From a virus: a DNA stretch of 64,000 nt. The notes under the pieces were generated by a model. That model did no database searches. It worked only from the letters and a program-made list of their open reading frames with translations, and had not been told where the DNA came from. Where the stretch lies: the IMG/VR virus record IMGVR_UViG_3300045988_115146. The stretch is one strand, 5' to 3'. The position numbers and the translations under genes are program-made. Position 1 is the stretch's first letter; every line of letters begins with the position of its first letter. Shown here in pieces: positions 35,798 through 43,774 of this stretch.

Positions 35798-36662
35798 TAT
35801 GAGTTATATTAGTAATCATATCCATAATGGTCATCTAATAAGCAACCTTAGGAGAGAAGTATGGGATATAGAACTAGATATGTTAGATCTAGTAGTTAAT
35901 ATATGTGACAAGATAGGAGTAAAATATTATCTTGATGCAGGTACACTATTAGGTGCAGTTAGACACCAAGGATTCATACCTTGGGATGATGATATCGATT
36001 TGGTAATGTTCAGAGATGAATATGATAAGTTTATATCATACTGTAGGGAAAATTTAGAATATCCATATTTCTTACAAGTACCAGAAACTGATACTTCTAT
36101 TTATCAACATGCAAAGATAAGGAGGAGTGATACAACAGCTATATTAGAAAGGGATCTAGAAGCTAATTGGGATTTTAATCAAGGCATATTCATAGATATA
36201 TTCCCATTAGATAGAGTTCCAGAAGATAAGGGGAAAAGGGAAAGATTTCTATATGAATTGCAATTAATTAAACTAGAACTCTTCTTTTTAAAGAATAGGA
36301 GCTGGAAATTTGCTAATATTCCCCTTGAAAGGGAAAGAATGAATTACCTTAAAAACCTTTATGAAAAGAATAGGAAAAGGTATAATAACACTCAAGAGAA
36401 TTGTTGGGCAACATTAGCTTTTCCTGAACATAACAATATCATAAAGAATATTGATTTTTACAAGAACCAATATCCGGATGTATTCTTAACATTTGAAGGT
36501 AGAAATTTGAGAGTACCGAATATTTACCATGGAGTATTGGAAGACATATATGGAGAGGATTACTTAACTCCCAAGAAATATTCTGGATTACATGGTAGGA
36601 TATTGGTGAATACTCATAAAACATATAAAAACAATATGGAAGACTTTCAAATATTGAAGTAG
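35790..36662 (+). CDS. LicD-family phosphotransferase (phosphocholine / ribitol-phosphate transferase family)
   Basis: [36 protein letters not shown] is the LicD signature, including the DxD. Confidence 0.75.
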   Translation: MNNMSYISNHIHNGHLISNLRREVWDIELDMLDLVVNICDKIGVKYYLDAGTLLGAVRHQGFIPWDDDIDLVMFRDEYDKFISYCRENLEYPYFLQVPETDTSIYQHAKIRRSDTTAILERDLEANWDFNQGIFIDIFPLDRVPEDKGKRERFLYELQLIKLELFFLKNRSWKFANIPLERERMNYLKNLYEKNRKRYNNTQENCWATLAFPEHNNIIKNIDFYKNQYPDVFLTFEGRNLRVPNIYHGVLEDIYGEDYLTPKKYSGLHGRILVNTHKTYKNNMEDFQILK

Positions 36663-36667
36663 GTTAT

Positions 36668-36697
36668 AGACAGTATACCGTAAAAAGTATACTGTCT
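36668..36697 (+). terminator. 11-bp hairpin after the LicD-like gene
   Basis: agacagtatac (36668-36678) pairs with gtatactgtct (36687-36697). The downstream T-tract (tattg) is weak. Confidence 0.45.
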
Positions 36698-36782
36698 TAT
36701 TGTCGAATAAGCTAAAGAATCTCAACAGAGTTATGGTTTATTAAATAACTATTGAATACTGCAATATTTAATAATATTATAG

Positions 36783-38351
36783 ATGGAGTCAAGATATGCC
36801 ATAATAAAGAGTTTTTCACAGGTTAAGAAACTTGTGAAAGCTTGTTTGAAGACAGGTATAGCTTCAATAGACTATGAGACTAATGCTGAAGGCATATACA
36901 ATAAAACATTTAGACCAACAATTCTATCAGTAACTTTCCAGGTTGGTTCTGGAGTATCTATTCCATTATGTCATCATGAATATGATAACCCTCATTGGAA
37001 AAAATGGCTTCTATACTTTGGTAGAAAAGTAGTTGAGAATCCAAAAGTAACTAAAGTAGGTTGGAATCTGAAGTTTGACCTTCAGATATTCGAGTTGTAT
37101 GGTATATATGTAAGAGGTACAGTACTTGATGGTATGTTAATGAAGTATCTCTTAAATGAAGAGAAACCAAATGACCTTAAATCAATGGTTCGTAGGTATT
37201 TACCAGAACACGGAGATTACGAAAAAGCTGATAAGTTTGATAAGATACCATGGAATAAAAAGCCACTGGAACCACTCTGCAAATATGGATGTCAAGATAC
37301 CGATTATACCCTACGATTATCTATGTTCTTTGAGAACAAATTGATAGAAATAGGTATGTATCCATTATTAAGGCATCTGATAATGCCAGCATCAAGAGTA
37401 TTACAGCATGCAGAGAAAACTGGTTTATACCTTGATAGGAAATTCAATCAGGAATTACTTGAATCTTACAAGCCAAAGATTGATCAAGCAACTTTAAATT
37501 GCTTGAATCTTCCCAGAGTTAAAAGATTCTCTAGATGGCTTATCCAAGAAAGAATAAGCAAATACATTTCTTCAATTGAAATGGAACTTGAAGACTTGGA
37601 TTATAGTGATCCAAAAAATGCAAGGAAGATAGCTAGCAGGGAACAAAAAATATCTAACATAAGAGCTGGTGTATATACAACCAAGAAAGAATTAGAATTA
37701 ACCCGTGATATAAATCTTGGTAGTAAAGTAGACTTACCAATGTTGTTATATTCTGAAAAGGGGTTCAAATTCCCTATTATAAAATATACGAAGGATAAGA
37801 CTACAAATCGTGATACTGATAAGCCGAGTACTGATGAGGATACATTGGTAGAACTTCGGTTGTCAATTAAGAATCCCGAAAGTCCCAAAGCAATATTCTT
37901 GGATAATCTACTCAAGTTGAGAGGATTGAAGAAGATGTACACTACATATATAAAAGGGTGGCACGATAAAGTACAGGATGATAATAAATTACATGGAAGA
38001 TTTTTGATACATGGAACAACTAGCGGGAGATTGAGTTGCATAGGCGGAGATACAAAAGTATTAACTCAATATGGAGAAATACCAATTATAGATATTAAGG
38101 ATTGGATTGGTGAAGGATTATGTGCCATGACTAAAGATGGGTGGCAATTAATAGAAAACTTCATATATAAGGGTGTTGATGATATGTATGAAGTAACACT
38201 TGAAGATGGTACTTCTATTCAATGTACTTTAGATCATAAATTTATAACTAATAAAGGTACTAAAAGATTAAGGGAAATTTACAATAAATACCGAAATACT
38301 ATTGATTCTAAAATTAAACTTTTAAGATATGTCCCAGACTACGAACAATAG
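36783..38351 (+). CDS. family A DNA polymerase, N-terminal fragment (3'-5' exonuclease + start of the pol domain) fused to a split-intein N-half
   Basis: The exonuclease motifs are SIDYETNAE, GWNLKFDLQIF and YGCQDTDYTLRL. The pol motif TTSGRLS is followed by CIGGDTKVLT...TLDHKF (intein blocks A and B), then a stop after 104 intein residues. Confidence 0.8.
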   Translation: MESRYAIIKSFSQVKKLVKACLKTGIASIDYETNAEGIYNKTFRPTILSVTFQVGSGVSIPLCHHEYDNPHWKKWLLYFGRKVVENPKVTKVGWNLKFDLQIFELYGIYVRGTVLDGMLMKYLLNEEKPNDLKSMVRRYLPEHGDYEKADKFDKIPWNKKPLEPLCKYGCQDTDYTLRLSMFFENKLIEIGMYPLLRHLIMPASRVLQHAEKTGLYLDRKFNQELLESYKPKIDQATLNCLNLPRVKRFSRWLIQERISKYISSIEMELEDLDYSDPKNARKIASREQKISNIRAGVYTTKKELELTRDINLGSKVDLPMLLYSEKGFKFPIIKYTKDKTTNRDTDKPSTDEDTLVELRLSIKNPESPKAIFLDNLLKLRGLKKMYTTYIKGWHDKVQDDNKLHGRFLIHGTTSGRLSCIGGDTKVLTQYGEIPIIDIKDWIGEGLCAMTKDGWQLIENFIYKGVDDMYEVTLEDGTSIQCTLDHKFITNKGTKRLREIYNKYRNTIDSKIKLLRYVPDYEQ

Positions 38352-39383
38352 GCAAAAGGTATTCAAAGATAAATCTATCAACGGTCCAAGGAGAAAATTA
38401 AAGTTAATAGTAGAGGATGGTAAAAGATATATAAAGAAAGAAGATCTTTTACATTACTTCTTTCAAGAGAATTGGAATATAGAAGACTTTAATTATCATT
38501 TTGGCATTGGTCATAGGATAGTGAGAGGTTCTCTATATAAATGGTTTACTAGGGAAGAAATAGAGGAATCTCATAGAAAGAAGATTGCTAATAAACAGAT
38601 TGGTAGTAATAATTCTAATAGGATTAATTGGTATAAACCCCGTAAGCTTATACCTTTATTGGATTTAGAAGAAGCCGTTAAAAAATCTACTTGTAAACAG
38701 GATTTGAAGGAGAGACTACAATTAACTTCTTGGGAATTGTCACACATACAACAGTTCTATAACTTTAAACTACCAAATAGATCTCCTTTACTTAATACTA
38801 AACTACAGTATTCTCTTTCTAGATGTGATATAAAACTTTTATGTAAAGTTATTACTGGAATGGGATGGGAAGATGTATTTTTCTATAATACTCCTAAGGC
38901 TATCTATAAAATGGATTGTCTTATTTGGGAACTTAGGAAGATAAATCGTTCTTTGAGGAGAGCTTTTAGGAAACAGATAGTAGATAATGGTATTAAGTTT
39001 CCTACAAATTTGATAGAGTATAAATTTCACAAAGCTCTAGAAAAAATGGATATAGAGCATGAAATACAATATTATATACCAGAACATAATATACATCTAG
39101 ACTTTTTAATAAAAGGTCATTACAACTTGGAATTAGATGGAAATTTGCATGAAGAAGAAGCAGATAGTGGTAGAGACCGTATTCTCAAATCTCTTGGCTA
39201 TAAAATTATAAGACTAGATTTAAAATCTCTAAATCTTACTAGATTCTCAAAAGAAAAGGAGGTAAGGAAATGTATAAAGAAATTGGTATTACCAAAGTTA
39301 AACCAATAGGTAAGAAAGGTGTATATGATTTATCCGTTATGAACTGTCATCAGTTTGTGGCTAATAATATCCTAAATCATAAT
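38037..39383 (+). mobile_element. split intein (IntN 38037-38348, IntC 39270-39383) enclosing a free-standing endonuclease gene
   Basis: IntN starts at Cys (tgc 38037-38039). IntC is MYKEIGITKVKPIGKKGVYDLSVMNCHQFVANNILNHN, followed by Ser+1 (tct 39384-39386). The joined exteins read TSGRLS/SQEPNLQQIP, which is the PolA T.TGRLSS..PNLQNIP motif. Confidence 0.75.
38329..39309 (+). CDS. free-standing homing-endonuclease candidate with a Vsr/DUF559-like PD-(D/E)xK C-terminal domain
   Basis: The C-terminus is HKALEKMDIEHEIQYYIPEHNIHLDFLIKGHYNLELDGNLHEEEADSGRDRILKSLGYKIIRL (DUF559/Vsr pattern). It uses a different frame from both polymerase halves and overlaps each by 23-40 nt. Confidence 0.6.
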   Translation: MSQTTNNRQKVFKDKSINGPRRKLKLIVEDGKRYIKKEDLLHYFFQENWNIEDFNYHFGIGHRIVRGSLYKWFTREEIEESHRKKIANKQIGSNNSNRINWYKPRKLIPLLDLEEAVKKSTCKQDLKERLQLTSWELSHIQQFYNFKLPNRSPLLNTKLQYSLSRCDIKLLCKVITGMGWEDVFFYNTPKAIYKMDCLIWELRKINRSLRRAFRKQIVDNGIKFPTNLIEYKFHKALEKMDIEHEIQYYIPEHNIHLDFLIKGHYNLELDGNLHEEEADSGRDRILKSLGYKIIRLDLKSLNLTRFSKEKEVRKCIKKLVLPKLNQ

Positions 39384-40424
39384 TCTCAAGAACCAAACTT
39401 ACAGCAAATCCCAAAGACTTCAGTAGACCCAAATATAAAGAAGCAATTAGTAGCCCCAGATGGTAAGTTGTACATGGCTCTTGACTACTCTCAAGCAGAG
39501 TTAAGAATCATGGCTCATCTGTCTGGGGATGAAACATATCTTGAGGCTTTTGCAAAAGGTCAGGATCCTCACCTTGCTATTGCAGCAAAGAAGTATGGGG
39601 TATCATATGAGGAAGCATATAAAGCTTACAGTGATGAACAACACCCAGATCATAATCTTTGGAAGAACCGAAGAAAGCAGGCAAAACAGATTTGCTTCGG
39701 TATTATCTATGGTATTCAGAAGAAACTGCTTGCAGTTAAATTGTCAGATCCAAAAGCTGGTATTATTGTAACACCAGATGAAGCTCAGCAGCAGTTAAAT
39801 GAATTCTTCTATGAACATCCTAAGATTAAAAAGTTCATGATTCATCAAGAAAAGGTATTGATTAAGCATGGGTATATAAAATCTTTGTTCGGAAGAAAGA
39901 GAAGGTTACCTCAGGTATATTCCGATAATGAACAAGAAGCAGCATACGCAGTACGATTATCTGTTAATATGCCATGTCAATCAGCAGCATCTGATATGAA
40001 CTTATTTGCTTCAGTATTAAACTATTGGAAAATGAGACAAGGTAAGTTGCCATTTATGCAAGAGACTTGTAATGTTCACGATGCTACCTACTATTTGGTG
40101 AGGCCAGAATATATAAATACATGGGTAGTACATGAAATATGGGAAACTTGTCGTAACCCTAATACAAAAGAATATTTTAACTTTCAGATAGACGACGTCA
40201 ATATGAGCATGGATTTTGTTATAGGACGTTCAATGGCAGAGGAATTACCATTTATACCCGGTTATGATTATAGGAAAATGCTTAAACCAGATTTTAATCC
40301 AGATGAGTACTTAGAAGAACATCGTAAGTACAGAGGTATTGAAATAGAAGATTACCCTAAGTTGTATCCAGAAGAGATAGCTAGGAATAAAATGGAATTT
40401 GAGAAAAGGATATATGAAAGGTAA
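39270..40424 (+). CDS. split-intein C-half fused to the family A DNA polymerase C-terminal fragment (palm/fingers)
   Basis: Motif A is LDYSQAELRIMAHLSGDE, motif B is RRKQAKQICFGIIYG, and motif C is NVHDATYYLV. Confidence 0.8.
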   Translation: MYKEIGITKVKPIGKKGVYDLSVMNCHQFVANNILNHNSQEPNLQQIPKTSVDPNIKKQLVAPDGKLYMALDYSQAELRIMAHLSGDETYLEAFAKGQDPHLAIAAKKYGVSYEEAYKAYSDEQHPDHNLWKNRRKQAKQICFGIIYGIQKKLLAVKLSDPKAGIIVTPDEAQQQLNEFFYEHPKIKKFMIHQEKVLIKHGYIKSLFGRKRRLPQVYSDNEQEAAYAVRLSVNMPCQSAASDMNLFASVLNYWKMRQGKLPFMQETCNVHDATYYLVRPEYINTWVVHEIWETCRNPNTKEYFNFQIDDVNMSMDFVIGRSMAEELPFIPGYDYRKMLKPDFNPDEYLEEHRKYRGIEIEDYPKLYPEEIARNKMEFEKRIYER

Positions 40425-40908
40425 TATACCATACTTTGATTGTTATCATGTTACAAGAAGTGGTGATGTATACTCCAAGTATAAAGACAAAGTTACTTGG
40501 AGGAAAATGGCTAAGAGAAAGAAGAATAATGGTTACATTATAGTAAGCTTAAGAAATAACGATGGGGTTAAGTATACATTTAACATACATAGGTTAGTAG
40601 CTGAAACTTATATACCTAACCCAGATAATAAGCCATGTGTAGGTCATAAAGACAATAATAGGGAAAACAATACAGTAGAAAACTTATACTGGTGTACTCA
40701 TAAAGAAAATACTAAACAATGTATAGATGATGGTAGATTTAATATACCAAGCCAAAAGTTAAATGATGAGTCTATAAATAGTATGATAGAAGATTATGAA
40801 AGTGGTATGAGTAACATACAGATAAAGGCCAAATACAAAATAAGTATTATGACCATGTATAAATACTTCAACGAAAGAGGTGTTATATGGAAAAAAGTCA
40901 AAAGGTAG
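40399..40908 (+). CDS. HNH homing endonuclease (NUMOD4 + HNH_3 + C-terminal HTH)
   Basis: YHVTRSGDVYS (NUMOD4), GHKDNNRENNTVENLYWCTHKEN (HNH), and MSNIQIKAKYKISIMTMYKY (HTH-like). It overlaps the polymerase 3' end. Confidence 0.75.
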   Translation: MRKGYMKGNIPYFDCYHVTRSGDVYSKYKDKVTWRKMAKRKKNNGYIIVSLRNNDGVKYTFNIHRLVAETYIPNPDNKPCVGHKDNNRENNTVENLYWCTHKENTKQCIDDGRFNIPSQKLNDESINSMIEDYESGMSNIQIKAKYKISIMTMYKYFNERGVIWKKVKR

Positions 40909-41333
40909 TACGGTTATCCCAGATTAAGAAAAATACCTTGAAGATACTTTTTCAAGGGAAGACCTATGAGATTGATTTAGATCAGGAGCTCATGATTTAT
41001 GAGAACTTGGTTAATCAGTCTTTAAGAAAGAGCCCTTCTAATTATGCTTTACTTGTAATGGTTAGGGATAGGCTTATCTATAAAAGGGATAAGCTTGAAA
41101 AAGCCAAAGATCAAGCATATAGCAAGGCATGGCTTTATTATAAGGAGTCAGGTAATGTAAATAATGAGGCAGCTTCACATAAGGCCGAAAATAATAAAGC
41201 CTATCAAGGAGCTTTGAAAAGGTATATGAAGGCAGAATACAATGCAAATAAGTTCATTGGAATATGTCGTGCATACGAGTCAAGAGAAAACATATTGAGA
41301 ACTGTATCAGCTAACTTACGTAAACAACAGTAA
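40887..41333 (+). CDS. hypothetical protein
   Basis: 148-aa helical K/E-rich ORF. Confidence 0.45.
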   Translation: MEKSQKVVRLSQIKKNTLKILFQGKTYEIDLDQELMIYENLVNQSLRKSPSNYALLVMVRDRLIYKRDKLEKAKDQAYSKAWLYYKESGNVNNEAASHKAENNKAYQGALKRYMKAEYNANKFIGICRAYESRENILRTVSANLRKQQ

Positions 41334-41335
41334 CT

Positions 41336-41710
41336 ATGTCAAAAGTAGAATTAAACCTTCTTTCAGTAGAAGAAGCAAAATGGTTAAACGAAAAACTGAA
41401 AGGTGTAGGAACACCAACAGGTGGGAGGGTATTAATTGTATCCCCGAAGGTAACATCAGAGACTAAAACTCAGAGTGGTCTTTATATCCCACAAGATCAT
41501 GATAAGGATACTGTACCACGTAAAGGGGTAGTAATTCAAGTGGGGTATATTACCAAAGAACAGGAAGTAGATTATCCAGGTCTTCAGGTTGGTGCAGTAG
41601 TAACTTATGGTCTATATGCAGGTAAAGAATTAGATGTAATAGACCTTCCTGATCAGGTAACAACTATATTATCACTGAACGAGATACTTTATATTGAAAC
41701 CAATAAATAA
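41336..41710 (+). CDS. GroES/Cpn10-like co-chaperonin (T4 gp31 analogue) with an N-terminal extension
   Basis: GGRVLIVSPKVTSETKTQSGLYIPQD...PRKGVVIQVGY...VGAVVTYGLYAGKELDV fits the Cpn10 pattern. Confidence 0.6.
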   Translation: MSKVELNLLSVEEAKWLNEKLKGVGTPTGGRVLIVSPKVTSETKTQSGLYIPQDHDKDTVPRKGVVIQVGYITKEQEVDYPGLQVGAVVTYGLYAGKELDVIDLPDQVTTILSLNEILYIETNK

Positions 41711-41714
41711 AGCT

Positions 41715-42497
41715 ATGAAAGAGAAAACTAAAAAGAGTTCAAGTAGTGTAATGACTACTAGAGAGAAAATGCTCGCTAGAAAGAAGGATTTAGAAAAGCG
41801 AGGTGGTGGTGGAGGGATGATATATCCAAAAGAAGGAACAATACGAGTACGTATTAAATCCCGAGGTGCCGATGAGGAACTTGGTATAGAAGTTGTTCAA
41901 TTCTACCTTGGTCCAAAGGATGGTGGTATCATATCCCCGGCAACATTTGATGAGCCATGTCCTTTCATGGAGAAATTCCAGGAGCTTAAGAATTCTGATG
42001 ATCCAGATGATAAGGCACTTGCATCTAAGTTAGTACCGAGAAGAAGGTATATATTAGGGGTAATAGCTTATAAAGATACAAAGGGAAAAGAGGTAGATCC
42101 TGATAAGATTGATAAACCCATGATGGTACCCCGTTCGGTATATCAGGATATCATAGATTTATACCTTGATGAGGAGGATTGGGGTGATATGACCGATCCA
42201 ATTGAGGGGTATGATATCAAGATTACTAGAACTGGATCAGGTAAGATGGATACCAGCTATTCTGTATCTCCATGCCAGAAAACAAAGCTTGATAAAAAAT
42301 ACAGAGAGGATGTAGATCTTGAGAAGGCAGTAAGAGCAAGTATCCTTCCCTATGATCAATTGGAAGAGAAGTTGGCATCTTTCCTTAATGAAGGAGGTGA
42401 TGATGAGGATGAAGATGATGCACCCGTAAAATCTTCTAAGAGCAAGCTAGCAGATAAAAAGAAGAAAAACGGAAAGAAATATAAGGGTGATATCTAA
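41715..42497 (+). CDS. possible ssDNA-binding protein (position plus acidic tail only)
   Basis: It lies immediately upstream of the RecA-like gene and has a C-terminal GGDDEDEDDA tract. No diagnostic motif was found. ATG 41715 avoids an overlap with the GroES-like gene. Confidence 0.3.
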   Translation: MKEKTKKSSSSVMTTREKMLARKKDLEKRGGGGGMIYPKEGTIRVRIKSRGADEELGIEVVQFYLGPKDGGIISPATFDEPCPFMEKFQELKNSDDPDDKALASKLVPRRRYILGVIAYKDTKGKEVDPDKIDKPMMVPRSVYQDIIDLYLDEEDWGDMTDPIEGYDIKITRTGSGKMDTSYSVSPCQKTKLDKKYREDVDLEKAVRASILPYDQLEEKLASFLNEGGDDEDEDDAPVKSSKSKLADKKKKNGKKYKGDI

Positions 42498-42522
42498 AAT
42501 TTCTAGATATATACCCAAACAG

Positions 42523-42554
42523 AGAGTGGGATATAATTTATATCCCACTCTTTT
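42523..42554 (+). terminator. rho-independent terminator (13-bp perfect stem)
   Basis: agagtgggatata (42523-42535) pairs with tatatcccactct (42539-42551) around the loop att, followed by tttc. Confidence 0.7.
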
Positions 42555-42573
42555 CATCTAATATCAAATAAGT

Positions 42574-43764
42574 ATGGCAAGAAAGGCAAAAGCTCCCAAG
42601 AAATCAGGGGGCAGGAAATTTAAGGTACCAACACAAAATGAGATACTCAAGAAGTATGGGTCATCTTTACAATTTAAAGCTAGTACCATAAATCATCATG
42701 GATTATGGATTCCATCTACTTTCTTTGCTCTCAATTATCAAATGGGTGGTGGTGTACCATTCGGTAAGATAATTGAAATAATGGGTGAGGAATCATCTGG
42801 AAAATCACTGATAGCATATAACTTTGCTTATGCTACTCAACAACTAGGTGGTCATGTAATATGGGTAGATGCTGAACAAGCATGGATGAATTCATGGGCA
42901 GAAGAGAATGGATTGGATCCAGAAAGAGTAACAGTATTAAATGATACCCGTATAGAAACAATATCTGATGCAATAGCAGACTTAGCAATATATTGGAGAT
43001 CAAAGTTAGTGAATAATGAACCTATCATAGTTGTGATAGATTCAATAGCTGCTCTTGATTCAATAGAAGCCATAGATGCAAAGATGGCAGATGGTAAAGC
43101 CGAGATGGGTAACCGAGCTAAGCAGATATATAAGATGTTCAGAATAAGGAATGAATTATTCTATCGCTTAGGTGTAACTATGGTGTGTATCAATCAATTG
43201 CGTAGTAAACTGGGAGCAGGATTTGGTCAAGATACTAACACAACTCCCGGAGGTGCTGCTCTTAAGTTTTATGCTTCAATCAGGTTGGCTTTCTTTTCGG
43301 GTAAGACTCTAAAGATTAAGTATAAAGGTAAGGAAAGACGGGCAGGTAAGTATGTAACTATTCAGATGAAAAAGAACAAGGTATCTCCCCCAAGAGAAAC
43401 CATATCTAAAGCCCCGATATATTTCAACCCAAAGTATCATGAGATTGGATTCGATAGATACTTCTGGTTAGAAGAATCTTTAGAAGATGCTGGTGTAATT
43501 GAAAAGCTTGGTGGAGGTACATACGTGTTCGAGGGTAATAAACTATGCCGTGGTGAAGATGCTTTCCATAGGTTGATAGAAGAAGATGGAGATCTTAGGA
43601 AAAAATTACTCAGGGCAGCAGGAATAAATACCATAGGAACTACTAAGCGTAAGCTAAAGAAGATTACACGAAATATGTTCCCTGTTGATGAAGATTTAGA
43701 CTATGAATCTCAAATAGAATCAGATGATACAGAAGAAGATGAAATCATCCCAGACGAGGGGTAG
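42574..43764 (+). CDS. RecA/UvsX-family recombinase
   Basis: Walker A is GEESSGKS and Walker B is IVVIDSIAAL. NQLRSKLGAGFGQDTNTTPGGAALKFYASIRL matches the RecA core. Confidence 0.85.
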   Translation: MARKAKAPKKSGGRKFKVPTQNEILKKYGSSLQFKASTINHHGLWIPSTFFALNYQMGGGVPFGKIIEIMGEESSGKSLIAYNFAYATQQLGGHVIWVDAEQAWMNSWAEENGLDPERVTVLNDTRIETISDAIADLAIYWRSKLVNNEPIIVVIDSIAALDSIEAIDAKMADGKAEMGNRAKQIYKMFRIRNELFYRLGVTMVCINQLRSKLGAGFGQDTNTTPGGAALKFYASIRLAFFSGKTLKIKYKGKERRAGKYVTIQMKKNKVSPPRETISKAPIYFNPKYHEIGFDRYFWLEESLEDAGVIEKLGGGTYVFEGNKLCRGEDAFHRLIEEDGDLRKKLLRAAGINTIGTTKRKLKKITRNMFPVDEDLDYESQIESDDTEEDEIIPDEG

Positions 43765-43774
43765 AAAGCCAAGA

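Noticed and set aside
37156-37344. Nested + strand ORFs inside the polymerase halves (37156-37344 and 39529-39771)
   Set aside because: They are alternate-frame ORFs within strongly supported polymerase coding sequence and show no motif.
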